Under the pieces are notes generated by a model. It did no database searches, was not told the origin of the DNA, and saw nothing but the letters and a program-made list of their open reading frames with translations. DNA of 64,000 nt from a virus, in the IMG/VR virus record IMGVR_UViG_3300013006_000023, positions 43,652 through 107,651 of that record; one strand, given 5' to 3'. How positions within the stretch are numbered: the stretch's first letter is position 1; the number at the start of each line of letters is the position of its first letter. The position numbers and the translations under genes are program-made. This document shows positions 17,956-28,697 of the stretch, piece by piece.

Positions 17956-20253
17956 ATGGCACGCACAATTCAAAGTCCCGGTGTACAGATAACTGAGCAA
18001 GATTTTACAATAAGAAACGTTGGCGCACAACCCACAGTGGTATTTATTCCAGGGTTTGCAGCTAAAGGTCCTTCTTCAGAACCCATCAGTGTAACATCTG
18101 TTTCTGAGTTTGAGCAGATATACGGCCAACCCAGCAATGCTGCAGAGAGATATTTCTACCACACAACAAAAGCTATATTACAGTCACCGGCAAGCGTAAT
18201 TGTTTATAGATTACCATATGGTAATGGTGCAGGTTTTGATGTGAGTACAGAATATAGTGCTCTTGTTTATCCAGTGGTCTCATATGTGGATGGAGTATCT
18301 TCAACTGCAATTGATCGCAATGATTCAGTATATTTCTTTGGCAAGCCAACCCATCTCAAACTCTCTCAACCTGAGTATCTTTCCATTTTAAGAGGAGATG
18401 GGTTCACATGGTCAAACAATACCAGTGGAGCAACCGCCTTCAGCAATGTTGCATCTCTCAAAGATGCGGGTCTTATACTTCTCAATAAAGCACAAACCAC
18501 AATCAACACCCGTTATGAGGGAACATATGTGGGTATTATTGATAATACCAATCTCAATCCCGCCACCCCATATAATGACATAAATTCAGTTTTATCCATT
18601 AACAGCGATGCACAAGCAATAGGTGGTGGCGATTATGTAAATGTACCCTCAACTCGTTTGAACTTTGGTTTGAGCGCTGCTGCTGGCACTGGGGGCGGCA
18701 ATAACTTAACAATTTCAGAAATTTTAGAAAACATACCCTCATATGACATTTCATCAAGTAAATTTGATGATACAGTTTCAGTGGGTGTCTTCAAACTTGT
18801 ACAATCATCCAGCTCACCTGATGTAATTGCTCTTGATTATATTCTCAAGGATGGCTTCACAGCTTCATTTGATTATAACCGTCAAATCGCTTCACAAAAT
18901 GGTGGGCCTGCAATAAGCAATTTCCTTGAGCAAGTAGATAACAATTCTACAAACATTATCTCAATAGTTAACCCATTCATTTCTAATAAAAACAAGCCCA
19001 CATGGCTTGATTCTACCGGTTTACCAACAAAGAAAGTTCGTTTTCTCAGTCAAGGCATGTCGGAATATTTGAATGGCGAATCATCTCAGGACTACATCAA
19101 CAGAATTGGCGCGCCAATTGGACAAGTTCGCGGGTTTCTAAATCTGTTAGGTGAGACCAACAATTTGGTTGCCCTGGGTGATTATGATAACCAGGATTTA
19201 ACCACAAAGCTTATTGGCAATGTGCCAACCAAGCTTGATTATGCTTTTGATAAAATCAACAATGTTGATCTTTATCCTGTCAATCTCACAACAGAAGCTG
19301 GCTTAGGCACAGTGTACCTCAACTCCTTTAACCCTGCAACTTCAGGATACTTTGATGACACAGTCCCATATGATAGCGCAGTGCAGTCGCTAACAGCACA
19401 AACAGGACCAGCACCTTTTGCGACTTCAAGATACATGGAAGTTGCAACATCATTTTTAAACTTTACTAATGTGCGCAAGGATCATCTGTTCATTGCTGAT
19501 CCCATTACAAACATATTTGTGCAAGGTTCAAACATCAAAACCCTTGATCTTGCAACCAACTCATTCAATAACAACATCTACTGGCCATTAAAGAATCAAT
19601 TTGCTGGTATTAATACAAGTTATGCATGCACATTCGCCAATTGCGCACGTGTTTCAGATGTTACAACAAATCAAGATGTGTGGGTTCCATTCTCTGGCTT
19701 TGCTGCAGCTGCAATGGCAAATACTGACTCTAACTTCCAACCATGGTTTGCACCAGCAGGATTTAAACGCGGTGTACTAACAGGTGTTGTTGATATTGCT
19801 CTCTATCCTAAGCAGAAACAACGCGACTTACTATATCGTATTAGCTTGAACCCAGTAACCTTCTTCCCTGCAGAAGGATACGTTATATTTGGTCAAAAGA
19901 CACTTCAGAAAATACCAAGTGCATTTGATAGAATTAATGTTCGTAGGTTGTTCTTGAGTCTGGAGACTGCAACTCGCGATACAGTAAAATACTTCGTATT
20001 CGAGCCTAATACACTCTTTACAAGAACACAAATATTAAATTCAATTTCACCTATTTTTGATAACGCAAAAAATACACAAGGTGTTTACGATTATTTGATA
20101 ATCTGCGACGAACGAAACAATACAACCAATGTTATTGATGACAATACAATTGTAATTGATATCTATATTAAACCAGTACGAAGTGCAGAGTACATTCTTT
20201 GCAATTTTTACGCAACCAGAACAGGAACCAGCTTCCAAGAGATAGTTTCCTAA
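17956..20253 (+). CDS. gp18: Tail sheath protein
   Basis: SPGVQITE, WFAPAGFKRG, FGQKTL, SAFDRINVRRLFL, FEPN, IKPVRSAEYI. Confidence 0.96.
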   Translation: MARTIQSPGVQITEQDFTIRNVGAQPTVVFIPGFAAKGPSSEPISVTSVSEFEQIYGQPSNAAERYFYHTTKAILQSPASVIVYRLPYGNGAGFDVSTEYSALVYPVVSYVDGVSSTAIDRNDSVYFFGKPTHLKLSQPEYLSILRGDGFTWSNNTSGATAFSNVASLKDAGLILLNKAQTTINTRYEGTYVGIIDNTNLNPATPYNDINSVLSINSDAQAIGGGDYVNVPSTRLNFGLSAAAGTGGGNNLTISEILENIPSYDISSSKFDDTVSVGVFKLVQSSSSPDVIALDYILKDGFTASFDYNRQIASQNGGPAISNFLEQVDNNSTNIISIVNPFISNKNKPTWLDSTGLPTKKVRFLSQGMSEYLNGESSQDYINRIGAPIGQVRGFLNLLGETNNLVALGDYDNQDLTTKLIGNVPTKLDYAFDKINNVDLYPVNLTTEAGLGTVYLNSFNPATSGYFDDTVPYDSAVQSLTAQTGPAPFATSRYMEVATSFLNFTNVRKDHLFIADPITNIFVQGSNIKTLDLATNSFNNNIYWPLKNQFAGINTSYACTFANCARVSDVTTNQDVWVPFSGFAAAAMANTDSNFQPWFAPAGFKRGVLTGVVDIALYPKQKQRDLLYRISLNPVTFFPAEGYVIFGQKTLQKIPSAFDRINVRRLFLSLETATRDTVKYFVFEPNTLFTRTQILNSISPIFDNAKNTQGVYDYLIICDERNNTTNVIDDNTIVIDIYIKPVRSAEYILCNFYATRTGTSFQEIVS

Positions 20254-20265
20254 TAAATATTTTAT

Positions 20266-20814
20266 ATGGCAGACGTAAATCAACTCATTACTGACTTCTA
20301 CAGAATAGCAACATCACGCGAATTTGCACGTGATTTTAACTTCAGAGTGCTCTCAATTAACACAGGTGGAGCCAGTACAGTAACATTTGATGACAGTGAT
20401 TTAGTATATGTCAAGACAGCATCATTACCCGGTCGCGAGATAACAAACATTCCAATTCCTTACATGGGATTAAATTTTAATATCCCAGGAAATGCTGTGT
20501 ATCCTGAATCTAATGCATACAGTCTTACTTTCTATGCTGATTCAAAATCACAGATAAGACAAAAATTCGAACAATGGTCAACAGATATTTTTGATGATAG
20601 CAATTCAACTGGTAATTATTTTGCACCAAAACAGACAGCTATCATAGATTTACTTCAGCTTGATAATCAAATGAACAAAGTGGCACAATATCAATTGGTT
20701 GGTGTTTCAGTAAGAAGCGTTGGCCCTTTAACATATAATATTGCTACTGGTACTGGCGAAACAATCGAATTCACAGCAACTGTTTCCTACCATTACTGGA
20801 GAAAACTCAGCTAA
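20266..20814 (+). CDS. gp19: Tail tube protein
   Basis: Follows sheath; ASLPG, LTFY.D....IRQKFEQW, EFTATVSYHYW. Confidence 0.9.
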   Translation: MADVNQLITDFYRIATSREFARDFNFRVLSINTGGASTVTFDDSDLVYVKTASLPGREITNIPIPYMGLNFNIPGNAVYPESNAYSLTFYADSKSQIRQKFEQWSTDIFDDSNSTGNYFAPKQTAIIDLLQLDNQMNKVAQYQLVGVSVRSVGPLTYNIATGTGETIEFTATVSYHYWRKLS

Positions 20815-20840
20815 CTTTAATTTTTTTCTTAAATATTTAA

Positions 20841-21749
20841 GTGAATAATCCATTCACTGATGCTTTAAATGGACTAGGTCAGAATTTCTCTGGCTTAGCA
20901 ACAGGTCAAAACCCATTATTTGCTCCACAAGTTACCAATTTATTCGGTTTTAATATACCTGGCGTACCCATTGTTAGTGTAAGAGATTATTTCTTATTTC
21001 AAATGGAATCGTGGTTCACTTCCATTCCAAATTCCTCTCAATGGTGCGTAGTAATCGATAATTATCCACAAGGTTTAAGAACTAACTTAATACAAGGATT
21101 GGAACGCACAGATGGCAGTAAAAAAGGTTTTGACATTGATACTGCAAAAACAATTCTTGCGAGCTACCCATTGCAAAAAGTAATTGGGTGCTTATTTGCC
21201 CACGCCATAACCATACCCACTGAGCAATTTGATGTGCTAACTACTTCTGTACAGAACAACAGAGGTTTTTTGCCTGGTGTTTTGGGTGGTGGCAGATCAA
21301 CTGAAGCACCAACACTAGTCATTAACTTCAGAGAAACAAACACATCATTCATAGATTTTGTTATCAGACCATGGGTCATACTGGCATCACATTATGGTTT
21401 GGCAGCACGACCAGGTGATACCGGAGTTAGAAAGGATCTTAGAAACATGAAAGTTAATATGACATTGCTTGAATACACTCGAACTTATCATAGCATTTCC
21501 ATGATCCCTAGAAAAGTGTTTCACTTCTATAATTGTGTGCCATATCAAATATCTGAACAAGACTTAGACTACGAAAATGACAAATTAACAACATATTCCA
21601 CAAGGTGGACATATTCAAATTATACAGTGGAGAACAATTTGTATCTGCCTATTGCTGACATAGTAAACAGAATTTCAAACGGCGAAATTCCAAGAATTAG
21701 CAGCTTTCAAAATGGCATTGGTAGTATTAATCCGCTAGGGTTCTTGTAA
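20841..21749 (+). CDS. Baseplate tail-tube initiator (gp54-like, tube fold)
   Basis: Tube-fold motifs (L.INFRET, FYNCVP, WTYSNY); synteny. Confidence 0.6.
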   Translation: MNNPFTDALNGLGQNFSGLATGQNPLFAPQVTNLFGFNIPGVPIVSVRDYFLFQMESWFTSIPNSSQWCVVIDNYPQGLRTNLIQGLERTDGSKKGFDIDTAKTILASYPLQKVIGCLFAHAITIPTEQFDVLTTSVQNNRGFLPGVLGGGRSTEAPTLVINFRETNTSFIDFVIRPWVILASHYGLAARPGDTGVRKDLRNMKVNMTLLEYTRTYHSISMIPRKVFHFYNCVPYQISEQDLDYENDKLTTYSTRWTYSNYTVENNLYLPIADIVNRISNGEIPRISSFQNGIGSINPLGFL

Positions 21750-21757
21750 ATAATTTA

Positions 21758-22591
21758 GTGAATTTTTTATACTCTTGTTACCTACCATTTGCAAAGAAAA
21801 ATACTCTAATAAAAGAGCTTTCTTTTAATTCATATAAAAATTTAGTAAAAAATATTACCAACAACAACAACAAATCAATTGATATATTACTAGAAGATAT
21901 CTTAAAAACACATGTAGTTGATTTACCTTCATGCAATTTCCTAGAAAAAATTATAATTCTACTCACAATTAGAGCAGTGTGTGTATCTGATAAGCTAGAA
22001 CTCTCATTAGGTAGCAAAAACTTCAAACAAGATATTAATATTATAGATTTTATCAAAAAGATTGAAGATATTAATCTTGATAATTTTTATAACAAAAAGA
22101 TATCTTTAAATGATAACATAGATGTCACATTAAAAATACCCAATCAACTCTACTATGAAGATGAATATATTAGCTTCATAGAGACTGTATTGTTAAATGG
22201 TAGTGAATATCCGGTTACAGAGGAAATCTTAAACAATTTACCAGCAAATGTTTTTTTAGAAATAAATGAATTTAAAAGAGATCTTGAAGCTCAACTTTCT
22301 AAAGTTTGTTTGTTTAAGATTAAAAACCCTGCCGATTTGTCTGAAAATATAGAAATATTTCTTTCTGCCAATGTGCAGAGTATTTTTGACTTTCTTAAAT
22401 TTATTTTTAAGAGAGATTTACTTTCATTCTATGAAATTGAATTCTTTCTGTTTTCAAAGATGAACATGTCGTTAGAGGATTTAGACAGAATAACGCCTGC
22501 TGAAATCGATATTTATATAAACTTGTTTAAGAAAGACTTAGAAGATAGGAATAAGCAGACTAAATCTCCTGTGGATATACCTAACTCTTAA
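21758..22591 (+). CDS. Baseplate hub assembly protein, gp26-like with gp51-like C-terminus
   Basis: LEKIIILLTIRAVCVS (gp26-like); C-terminal FYEIEFFL.SKMNMSLEDLDRITPAEIDIYI (gp51-like). Confidence 0.6.
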   Translation: MNFLYSCYLPFAKKNTLIKELSFNSYKNLVKNITNNNNKSIDILLEDILKTHVVDLPSCNFLEKIIILLTIRAVCVSDKLELSLGSKNFKQDINIIDFIKKIEDINLDNFYNKKISLNDNIDVTLKIPNQLYYEDEYISFIETVLLNGSEYPVTEEILNNLPANVFLEINEFKRDLEAQLSKVCLFKIKNPADLSENIEIFLSANVQSIFDFLKFIFKRDLLSFYEIEFFLFSKMNMSLEDLDRITPAEIDIYINLFKKDLEDRNKQTKSPVDIPNS

Positions 22592-22605
22592 ACTAATTAT
22601 TATAA

Positions 22606-23361
22606 ATGAGTAATACCTCAGAAATCATATCGCAATTAGATATTCTAAACAGAGACAATTTTATACCCATTTACGTACCGTCTCTTAAAAAAGAAATACG
22701 CTTCAAAGCATTAAATTTAAAGCAGCAAAAAAATCTTTTAAAATCGTCCATAGATGAAACACTCACAAAACTTTCTTTTATTATAAACTTTCATGGCATA
22801 TTGAGCGAAAATGTTCTTGACAGCATTGATATTAATGATCTCTATACATTTGATAGGCAAGCCATAGCAATCGCATTAAGAGCTAAATGCTTAGATGCAA
22901 CATATAAATTTGAAGACCGCGATCTCAATTTAAATACTCTTATCTCTACATTTCCACAAGCTACTTATGATTTCGCGTTTGATAAAGATATTGTTTTCAG
23001 CAATTTTTGTGTGTCGCTTCAAGCCCCGAAATTAGGTTTTGAAAAAGAAATGAGCCAATTTAGCCTTCATAAATTACGTACCACTGCCGATAAAGACTTT
23101 AAGAGTGTCATTGGTGAGCTATTTGTTTACGAATTAATAAAATTTGTAAAAACCATTAAAATTACTAAAGAAGATAAAACCTTTGAGTATAATACGCAAA
23201 ACCAGAAAATAGATGATATTGTTCAGATTGTTGAAAAACTACCCTCACAAATTAATAATCAAATTCTGGATTTTATTAAGTCTTACAGAGATATTGAAAA
23301 ATATTATGCTTTTCTGGATAATGTTGCCATAGAAGTTGACGGTGCATTCTTTACTATCTAA
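22606..23361 (+). CDS. Baseplate hub assembly protein, gp26-like
   Basis: VPSLKKEIRFKALNLKQQKNLL, LYTFDR.AIAIALRAK. Confidence 0.7.
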   Translation: MSNTSEIISQLDILNRDNFIPIYVPSLKKEIRFKALNLKQQKNLLKSSIDETLTKLSFIINFHGILSENVLDSIDINDLYTFDRQAIAIALRAKCLDATYKFEDRDLNLNTLISTFPQATYDFAFDKDIVFSNFCVSLQAPKLGFEKEMSQFSLHKLRTTADKDFKSVIGELFVYELIKFVKTIKITKEDKTFEYNTQNQKIDDIVQIVEKLPSQINNQILDFIKSYRDIEKYYAFLDNVAIEVDGAFFTI

Positions 23362-23384
23362 GTATTTTTTCATAAATATTTAGT

Positions 23385-25424
23385 ATGGATGGTATTACCT
23401 TTGAACAGATGTCCTCTATTATGGGATCTGGCTTTACTTCTATAGAGCAAAGTAATAAGAGAGTATCAGATACTTTAGAAAAAATACAAATTACATTAGG
23501 TAAGAAATTTGATAAAATAGGCGAGTTTTTCACTGTGTATCAGACTGAAGAACAGAAAAAAGCCAAAAGAGATAAGGAGCCAAAAGAAGTAAGATTCACA
23601 AAAGATACTAAACAGTTAATAGGTAAATTAGATCAGTCTAAAACTAACGAAGCTATTTTAAAGGAATTTAGAGGATTACGTCAAAAAGATAAAGGGTTTA
23701 TTTCTGGCATTCTAGGACCCATAGGATTACTTTTAGGTGGAGTAGCAACTCTTGCTTTCGGGTTAACTAAATTTCCTGCATTTAAAAAGATGTTCGAAGA
23801 ATTTAAACAAGGCAAAATTCTATCCAGTGTAACAAGTTTACTGCAGAAATTTGCAGGTAAAGACAAGAGCTTAAAAGAAATGATACGATCCATACCGCTT
23901 GTAGGCAGACTCATAGATGCTTATGAAGGGTTCACTAGTATCTTCCAAGGCGATTTTACAAAAGGAATTAAGCAATTGGCTTTTGCTATTCCTGGTGCAG
24001 AATTTATTGCAGACTTTTTCGGTACATCAAAAGCCAGATTAATAGCTGGTGATCTCACCGGTGATAAGAGCAAACAGTTCAGTATTTTTGGAAAACAATT
24101 TACTTTTGAAGATATTTTTAAAAAAATTACTGAGTTCCCAGCTCCGTTTTTCAGTCAAATAGGCGATTTTTTCAATAATATATCTAAATCTTTTGTTGAT
24201 CTATATTCCTTAGTTACCATGGGCGGCAGTGCCAGATATGACGACATTGTTAAAGTTCTTGATAATATTGGTAACTATTTTCCTGCTGTGCGAGGTGTTA
24301 CTAATTTCATGAAAATGTTAACAGGAAAAGCTTTTGGATTCGCAGAAAATAAAATGATTGCGTCAGGTAAAAGTATAACCCCAGGAGCACCTGAAATAAA
24401 TATAGGCGACGTCTTTAATGAAATAGTAAAATCTATAAGTGAAAAAATAAACGCCGCATTAAAGACGGTATTTAATATTTTTGAAGCTATTATGAATGTT
24501 TTTAGTGATGACGAATCTAAAATATTTAAGGGTCTTGCTGTTTTAGAAAAATATGCTCCGGGTCTTGCACAAGGTCTTAGAGTTGTTAGAAGTCTTATAG
24601 ATCAATTCAAGGATGCACCACAAGGTGGCAATATTTTTGATAAATTTAAGTTTTTTAATAAACTGGATTTTTCAGGAAAACAATTTAGCCCTGAAAGAGT
24701 TTATGATTTAAATGCTAAAGGTCTCCCAAATCTTACTGTTGATAAGAGAGAAAAAGACGAAAAAGAATTACAAGAAAGACAAAGCTACCTTGATGATGTT
24801 AAAAATCCAAAATTAAGAGAGGCGAAAACAGGATTAACAGCAGCGGCACTTGCCGGTACAGCTGCAGCTGGAGCATCCTATCTGAAGTCACTTGCAACAG
24901 GAAATTTATTAAATGCAAAAGAAAGAGCTCTTACAGCAAGTTTATTAGCTGGCAGTACGGGTTATGCTGTAGGAGCAGGCACCGCTAAGCTAACCCAGCC
25001 TTCAGATAAAGAGATTGAAGCGGAACAAAAAAGACTCGATGCGTTAAAAGACCAAATGAAAATAGAGAGACAAAACGCTCTTAAAGACGCAGAAAATGAA
25101 ATATTTAAAGATAGCCCATACAATCGATTAAAAACACAAGAACCTACTGCTCCTAAGCCTGCAGCATCCAAAGAAGTAAAACTACCTTTTGTAGCTAAGG
25201 ATGAAGTTGAGAAAAATATCAAAACAAGTGCCATTAATTCTACAAAGGAAATTTCATTACAAGAACAGGTGGTACAATTATTGACCGTAATTGCAAATCT
25301 ACCGGGTTTAGCTAAACCCGGGTTAATTAGTGTTATGAATCAATCTGCAAATGTGAATTTTGGTGGTACAAATTCTTCAAGTTTAGATACCAGATCAAGA
25401 TTTGCGGGGAGCTTAAATTCATGA
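23385..25424 (+). CDS. Probable tape measure protein (gp29-like)
   Basis: 679 aa, helical with hydrophobic Gly/Ala segments; lies after the hub chaperones. Confidence 0.6.
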   Translation: MDGITFEQMSSIMGSGFTSIEQSNKRVSDTLEKIQITLGKKFDKIGEFFTVYQTEEQKKAKRDKEPKEVRFTKDTKQLIGKLDQSKTNEAILKEFRGLRQKDKGFISGILGPIGLLLGGVATLAFGLTKFPAFKKMFEEFKQGKILSSVTSLLQKFAGKDKSLKEMIRSIPLVGRLIDAYEGFTSIFQGDFTKGIKQLAFAIPGAEFIADFFGTSKARLIAGDLTGDKSKQFSIFGKQFTFEDIFKKITEFPAPFFSQIGDFFNNISKSFVDLYSLVTMGGSARYDDIVKVLDNIGNYFPAVRGVTNFMKMLTGKAFGFAENKMIASGKSITPGAPEINIGDVFNEIVKSISEKINAALKTVFNIFEAIMNVFSDDESKIFKGLAVLEKYAPGLAQGLRVVRSLIDQFKDAPQGGNIFDKFKFFNKLDFSGKQFSPERVYDLNAKGLPNLTVDKREKDEKELQERQSYLDDVKNPKLREAKTGLTAAALAGTAAAGASYLKSLATGNLLNAKERALTASLLAGSTGYAVGAGTAKLTQPSDKEIEAEQKRLDALKDQMKIERQNALKDAENEIFKDSPYNRLKTQEPTAPKPAASKEVKLPFVAKDEVEKNIKTSAINSTKEISLQEQVVQLLTVIANLPGLAKPGLISVMNQSANVNFGGTNSSSLDTRSRFAGSLNS

Positions 25425-26725
25425 GCTTATTTTCCATATCTATTGATAGAAATGAATCGGAGTTAAACTTTGATAGTGATACTAACCCGCCACAATTGGT
25501 ATCCACAAACAATACACCTATTGGTGGTGGGTTAATAGCTGCATCCTCAGACAGTCCGCAAGGCAGTGTAGTTGATGTGGTTAAAAATTTTTATTGGACT
25601 TATTCTAAATTAACTGATTCAAGACAAGAAGTACCAAGAATCATATTAAGAGAACTCAGACTCAAAACTAATGCTTTAGTAGCACAACTCAAATACACAT
25701 ACGGTGTTGCATCGCAAAATGTAAGAGAAGGGCTAACGAACCTTGAAAATAATGAAACATTAAGAAATGTATTAAATTTTGCTACTAACAATAATTCTCA
25801 GAATATAAATAATAGTGTTGGACAAGTTGCTGAGTTTACAGATAAAAGCATCAAAGCTGCCTTAGATACAATACCGGGTGCTAGAGATGAAAATACCACA
25901 CTAAATGCCAGCAAAAGTAACTACTTGTTTCCATACAAAAACCTGTACATCACCAAGCCAACCGGTTGGGTGTTTAATTTGCCTTATTTTGATAACTACA
26001 GTGGCTCAACTAATAGTAGCTTCTCTAATGATGCATCAAACCCTTTTCTAGGTCTTTTGAAGAGTGGAGGTGATCTTGTAAGAGGCATTCAAGAAGCTAC
26101 CTCCGTAATCAATGCTCCAACAAAGATTTCATTTGTGGAACAGGCTAAATTCTTCAATTACTCTTCTGAAGGAGAAGAAATAAGTTTTAACTTTCCCTTA
26201 ATCAACACTGGATCCGCAACATTTAATGATGTGGTAAACAATTGGCAGTTGTTGTTTTTGTTAATGTACAACAACAAGCCTGCAAGAAAAAATAGCTCCA
26301 TTGTTGAACCTCCAGTAATTTATGAAATTAGAATACCAGGTGTTAAGTTCATGCCTTATGCTTACATATCTTCCATCAGTGTTGAATTTCAGGGTTCCAG
26401 AAGAGAATTAAATTTTAACTTGGCAACTACAGGCAGCTTGAGAGTTGATGAACCTCAAAACCCTGCATTTGTGGGCCCTGCTGCACCATCCCTTGTCACT
26501 TCTCAAAACAAATTTATACCTGTCAGAGCCATAGTTCCTGATGCTTATGTAGTCAGAATATCAGTAAAAGGTTTAATTGCCGATACAAAGAACACTATGT
26601 ATAATGTTCTAGATGAATCAAGTATAGTAACAACAAGGACATTGCTACGAGATGAGACTAACCCTGCATTTAACACAGCACTTGAAGGCATACTTGATAG
26701 AGCACAATCACTTACTAATCAATAA
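25421..26725 (+). CDS. Baseplate tail-tube cap-like protein (gp48-like)
   Basis: SFNFPL, PPVIYEI.IPG...AYISSISVEF; upstream of gp53. Confidence 0.55.
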   Translation: MSLFSISIDRNESELNFDSDTNPPQLVSTNNTPIGGGLIAASSDSPQGSVVDVVKNFYWTYSKLTDSRQEVPRIILRELRLKTNALVAQLKYTYGVASQNVREGLTNLENNETLRNVLNFATNNNSQNINNSVGQVAEFTDKSIKAALDTIPGARDENTTLNASKSNYLFPYKNLYITKPTGWVFNLPYFDNYSGSTNSSFSNDASNPFLGLLKSGGDLVRGIQEATSVINAPTKISFVEQAKFFNYSSEGEEISFNFPLINTGSATFNDVVNNWQLLFLLMYNNKPARKNSSIVEPPVIYEIRIPGVKFMPYAYISSISVEFQGSRRELNFNLATTGSLRVDEPQNPAFVGPAAPSLVTSQNKFIPVRAIVPDAYVVRISVKGLIADTKNTMYNVLDESSIVTTRTLLRDETNPAFNTALEGILDRAQSLTNQ

Positions 26726-26742
26726 CTTAAATAAATATACAT

Positions 26743-27114
26743 ATGGATGGCAAACATCAAAACAACATACCCTTTTTGCCCAGTTTAGACAGCATTAGGT
26801 ATGAGAACATATTTAAACTGTATGAGCACAAAGAAAAACGTAGCTATGTTTACAACTTAATTCAGAGCATAAGCTTTCCAGATGATATAGATAAAAATGC
26901 TTTAGTGTATATAACTATTACCGATAAGATGCCTTGGACAACCGTTAGTTACAATGCTTACAAAACTATTCATTTATGGTGGTTAATATGCATGCTTAAT
27001 AAAATAAGAAACCCTGTAAAATTTCCTGAAAGAGGAATGGTTGTAAAAATAATAAAGCCTGATTATGTAAATTTGGTTTTAAGAGAAATACAGAATTCAA
27101 TTAAAAGGTTATGA
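26743..27114 (+). CDS. gp53: Baseplate wedge protein (LysM-like)
   Basis: WTTVSYNAYKTIHLWWLICMLNKIRNP...GMVVKI. Confidence 0.8.
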   Translation: MDGKHQNNIPFLPSLDSIRYENIFKLYEHKEKRSYVYNLIQSISFPDDIDKNALVYITITDKMPWTTVSYNAYKTIHLWWLICMLNKIRNPVKFPERGMVVKIIKPDYVNLVLREIQNSIKRL

Positions 27115-28697
27115 GTATCTACCAACAAAATGCTGTTGATGCCAATACTGTCATAGATAGAAGTCCTTATTATTTTCAGATACAAATCATAACTGCTGAT
27201 GGTAGGAGACAAGAGGTAAAGATAGGAGCAATAGAAACATTAGTTCTTCAAGATAATATAGACAACATTGGACACTCTGGTTATTTAGTTTTAAATAATT
27301 ACTTGGATTCTTTAGAAAGAGTAGCCGATATTAATCAACAGAATAAATCTGCCAGTAATTTAACTGGCGATTATTTCAATGAAACAAAAAGTAGTGATCG
27401 CGGGTTCATCTTAAGAGGTGATTCAAGAGATTTTGTTTACATTGATATAATACCCAAGCTAGAGGATTCATCTTTCAAAAAAGATTTTGATAATGCTAAA
27501 CAAAGCAACGTATTCAGAATACGATTGAACATGGCCATATACAATACAGAAGAAATATTAGGTGATATGCCTGGCAAAAAATATAAAAAACTGTATTTGA
27601 GAGATCTACATACCGATATATTGGAATATAAAAATACGTATTTTAATACAGCAAGCTTATTGGAAACTGATGACTTGATTCAAGATCTTTCTAATCAAGA
27701 AAGAAGTGTTTTCACTGGTGATGCCATAAAATCTTTCATTTCAACATTTTTTAATGATACAAATCTGCCTGTAACATTTAGTAATAATTTTGAAACTGGC
27801 AGTACAAAAATATTTTTCTCGTCTCCAGTTAATTACAAGGGCATTGATTGTTTAAACTACTTAATGAGCAGACATGTGTCATCAAAAGATAATAATTATG
27901 ATAGGTGCATACTTCAATGCGATAGATATACCAGCGAATTTTCGTTAATAAGTCTTTCAGATTATTTTAAAAACGCAGTAAAACAAAGCAGCTTCACAAA
28001 TGAAAACAGTGGTGATTTGTATCTCGAAACGTTTAAGCTAGGTAATTATTCTGACTCTTACAACACATACAACATAAAAAAAGTTTCAGAACGTGTTCCT
28101 AGTGAATCATTGTTCTTTAAATCTTTTGGCACTATTAATAATTTTTCTTATGATCCGATGCCTGGTATTCTCACACAAAAGCACATTGCTTCACAAATAG
28201 TTCACAGCCATGACGGCGATTCTAAGACATTTAATATTGAATTTTCAAATAATAGCATACAAAAAGTCATGGAGGCATATGAAAATAATTATGTAAAGCC
28301 GTTCAAAGGGGTGAGCAGAACCAGCCCATACAAAAACTTTGTACCCGGCAGTATAAGAACTACACAGAAAAATATTAATAACATTTTTTCAGTTTTCAGT
28401 GATAACCCCGAGCAGCGTTTGAACATGGGTAGAAACGAAGCATTATTTGATACAATTTTTTTAAATAATATAGTATATTTTAAAGTACCAGGCTCAACAC
28501 ACAGACAAGCTGGGACATTTATAGGCATAGATAGGGACGGTGGCACTTCTGACAGCGATTTTGATACTAAAATACTAGGCGTATATTTTGTTATTGAAGT
28601 AAAGCATATTTTTGAAAAAAACGAATACATAAACGAGTTAAGATGTGTAAAGACATACAATTCAAGCAACGTATTCTTACAGGAGAATAGCATATAA
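27111..28697 (+). CDS. Baseplate hub protein (gp27-like)
   Basis: C-terminal VPGSTHRQAG.FI..., GVYFVIEVKHIF; synteny. Confidence 0.65.
   Translation: MSIYQQNAVDANTVIDRSPYYFQIQIITADGRRQEVKIGAIETLVLQDNIDNIGHSGYLVLNNYLDSLERVADINQQNKSASNLTGDYFNETKSSDRGFILRGDSRDFVYIDIIPKLEDSSFKKDFDNAKQSNVFRIRLNMAIYNTEEILGDMPGKKYKKLYLRDLHTDILEYKNTYFNTASLLETDDLIQDLSNQERSVFTGDAIKSFISTFFNDTNLPVTFSNNFETGSTKIFFSSPVNYKGIDCLNYLMSRHVSSKDNNYDRCILQCDRYTSEFSLISLSDYFKNAVKQSSFTNENSGDLYLETFKLGNYSDSYNTYNIKKVSERVPSESLFFKSFGTINNFSYDPMPGILTQKHIASQIVHSHDGDSKTFNIEFSNNSIQKVMEAYENNYVKPFKGVSRTSPYKNFVPGSIRTTQKNINNIFSVFSDNPEQRLNMGRNEALFDTIFLNNIVYFKVPGSTHRQAGTFIGIDRDGGTSDSDFDTKILGVYFVIEVKHIFEKNEYINELRCVKTYNSSNVFLQENSI

Noticed and set aside
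15602-20253. Introns, inteins or homing endonucleases in terminase or sheath (also helicase, primase)
   Set aside because: Terminase, helicase and primase are of ordinary length and continuous; no splicing or endonuclease motifs seen
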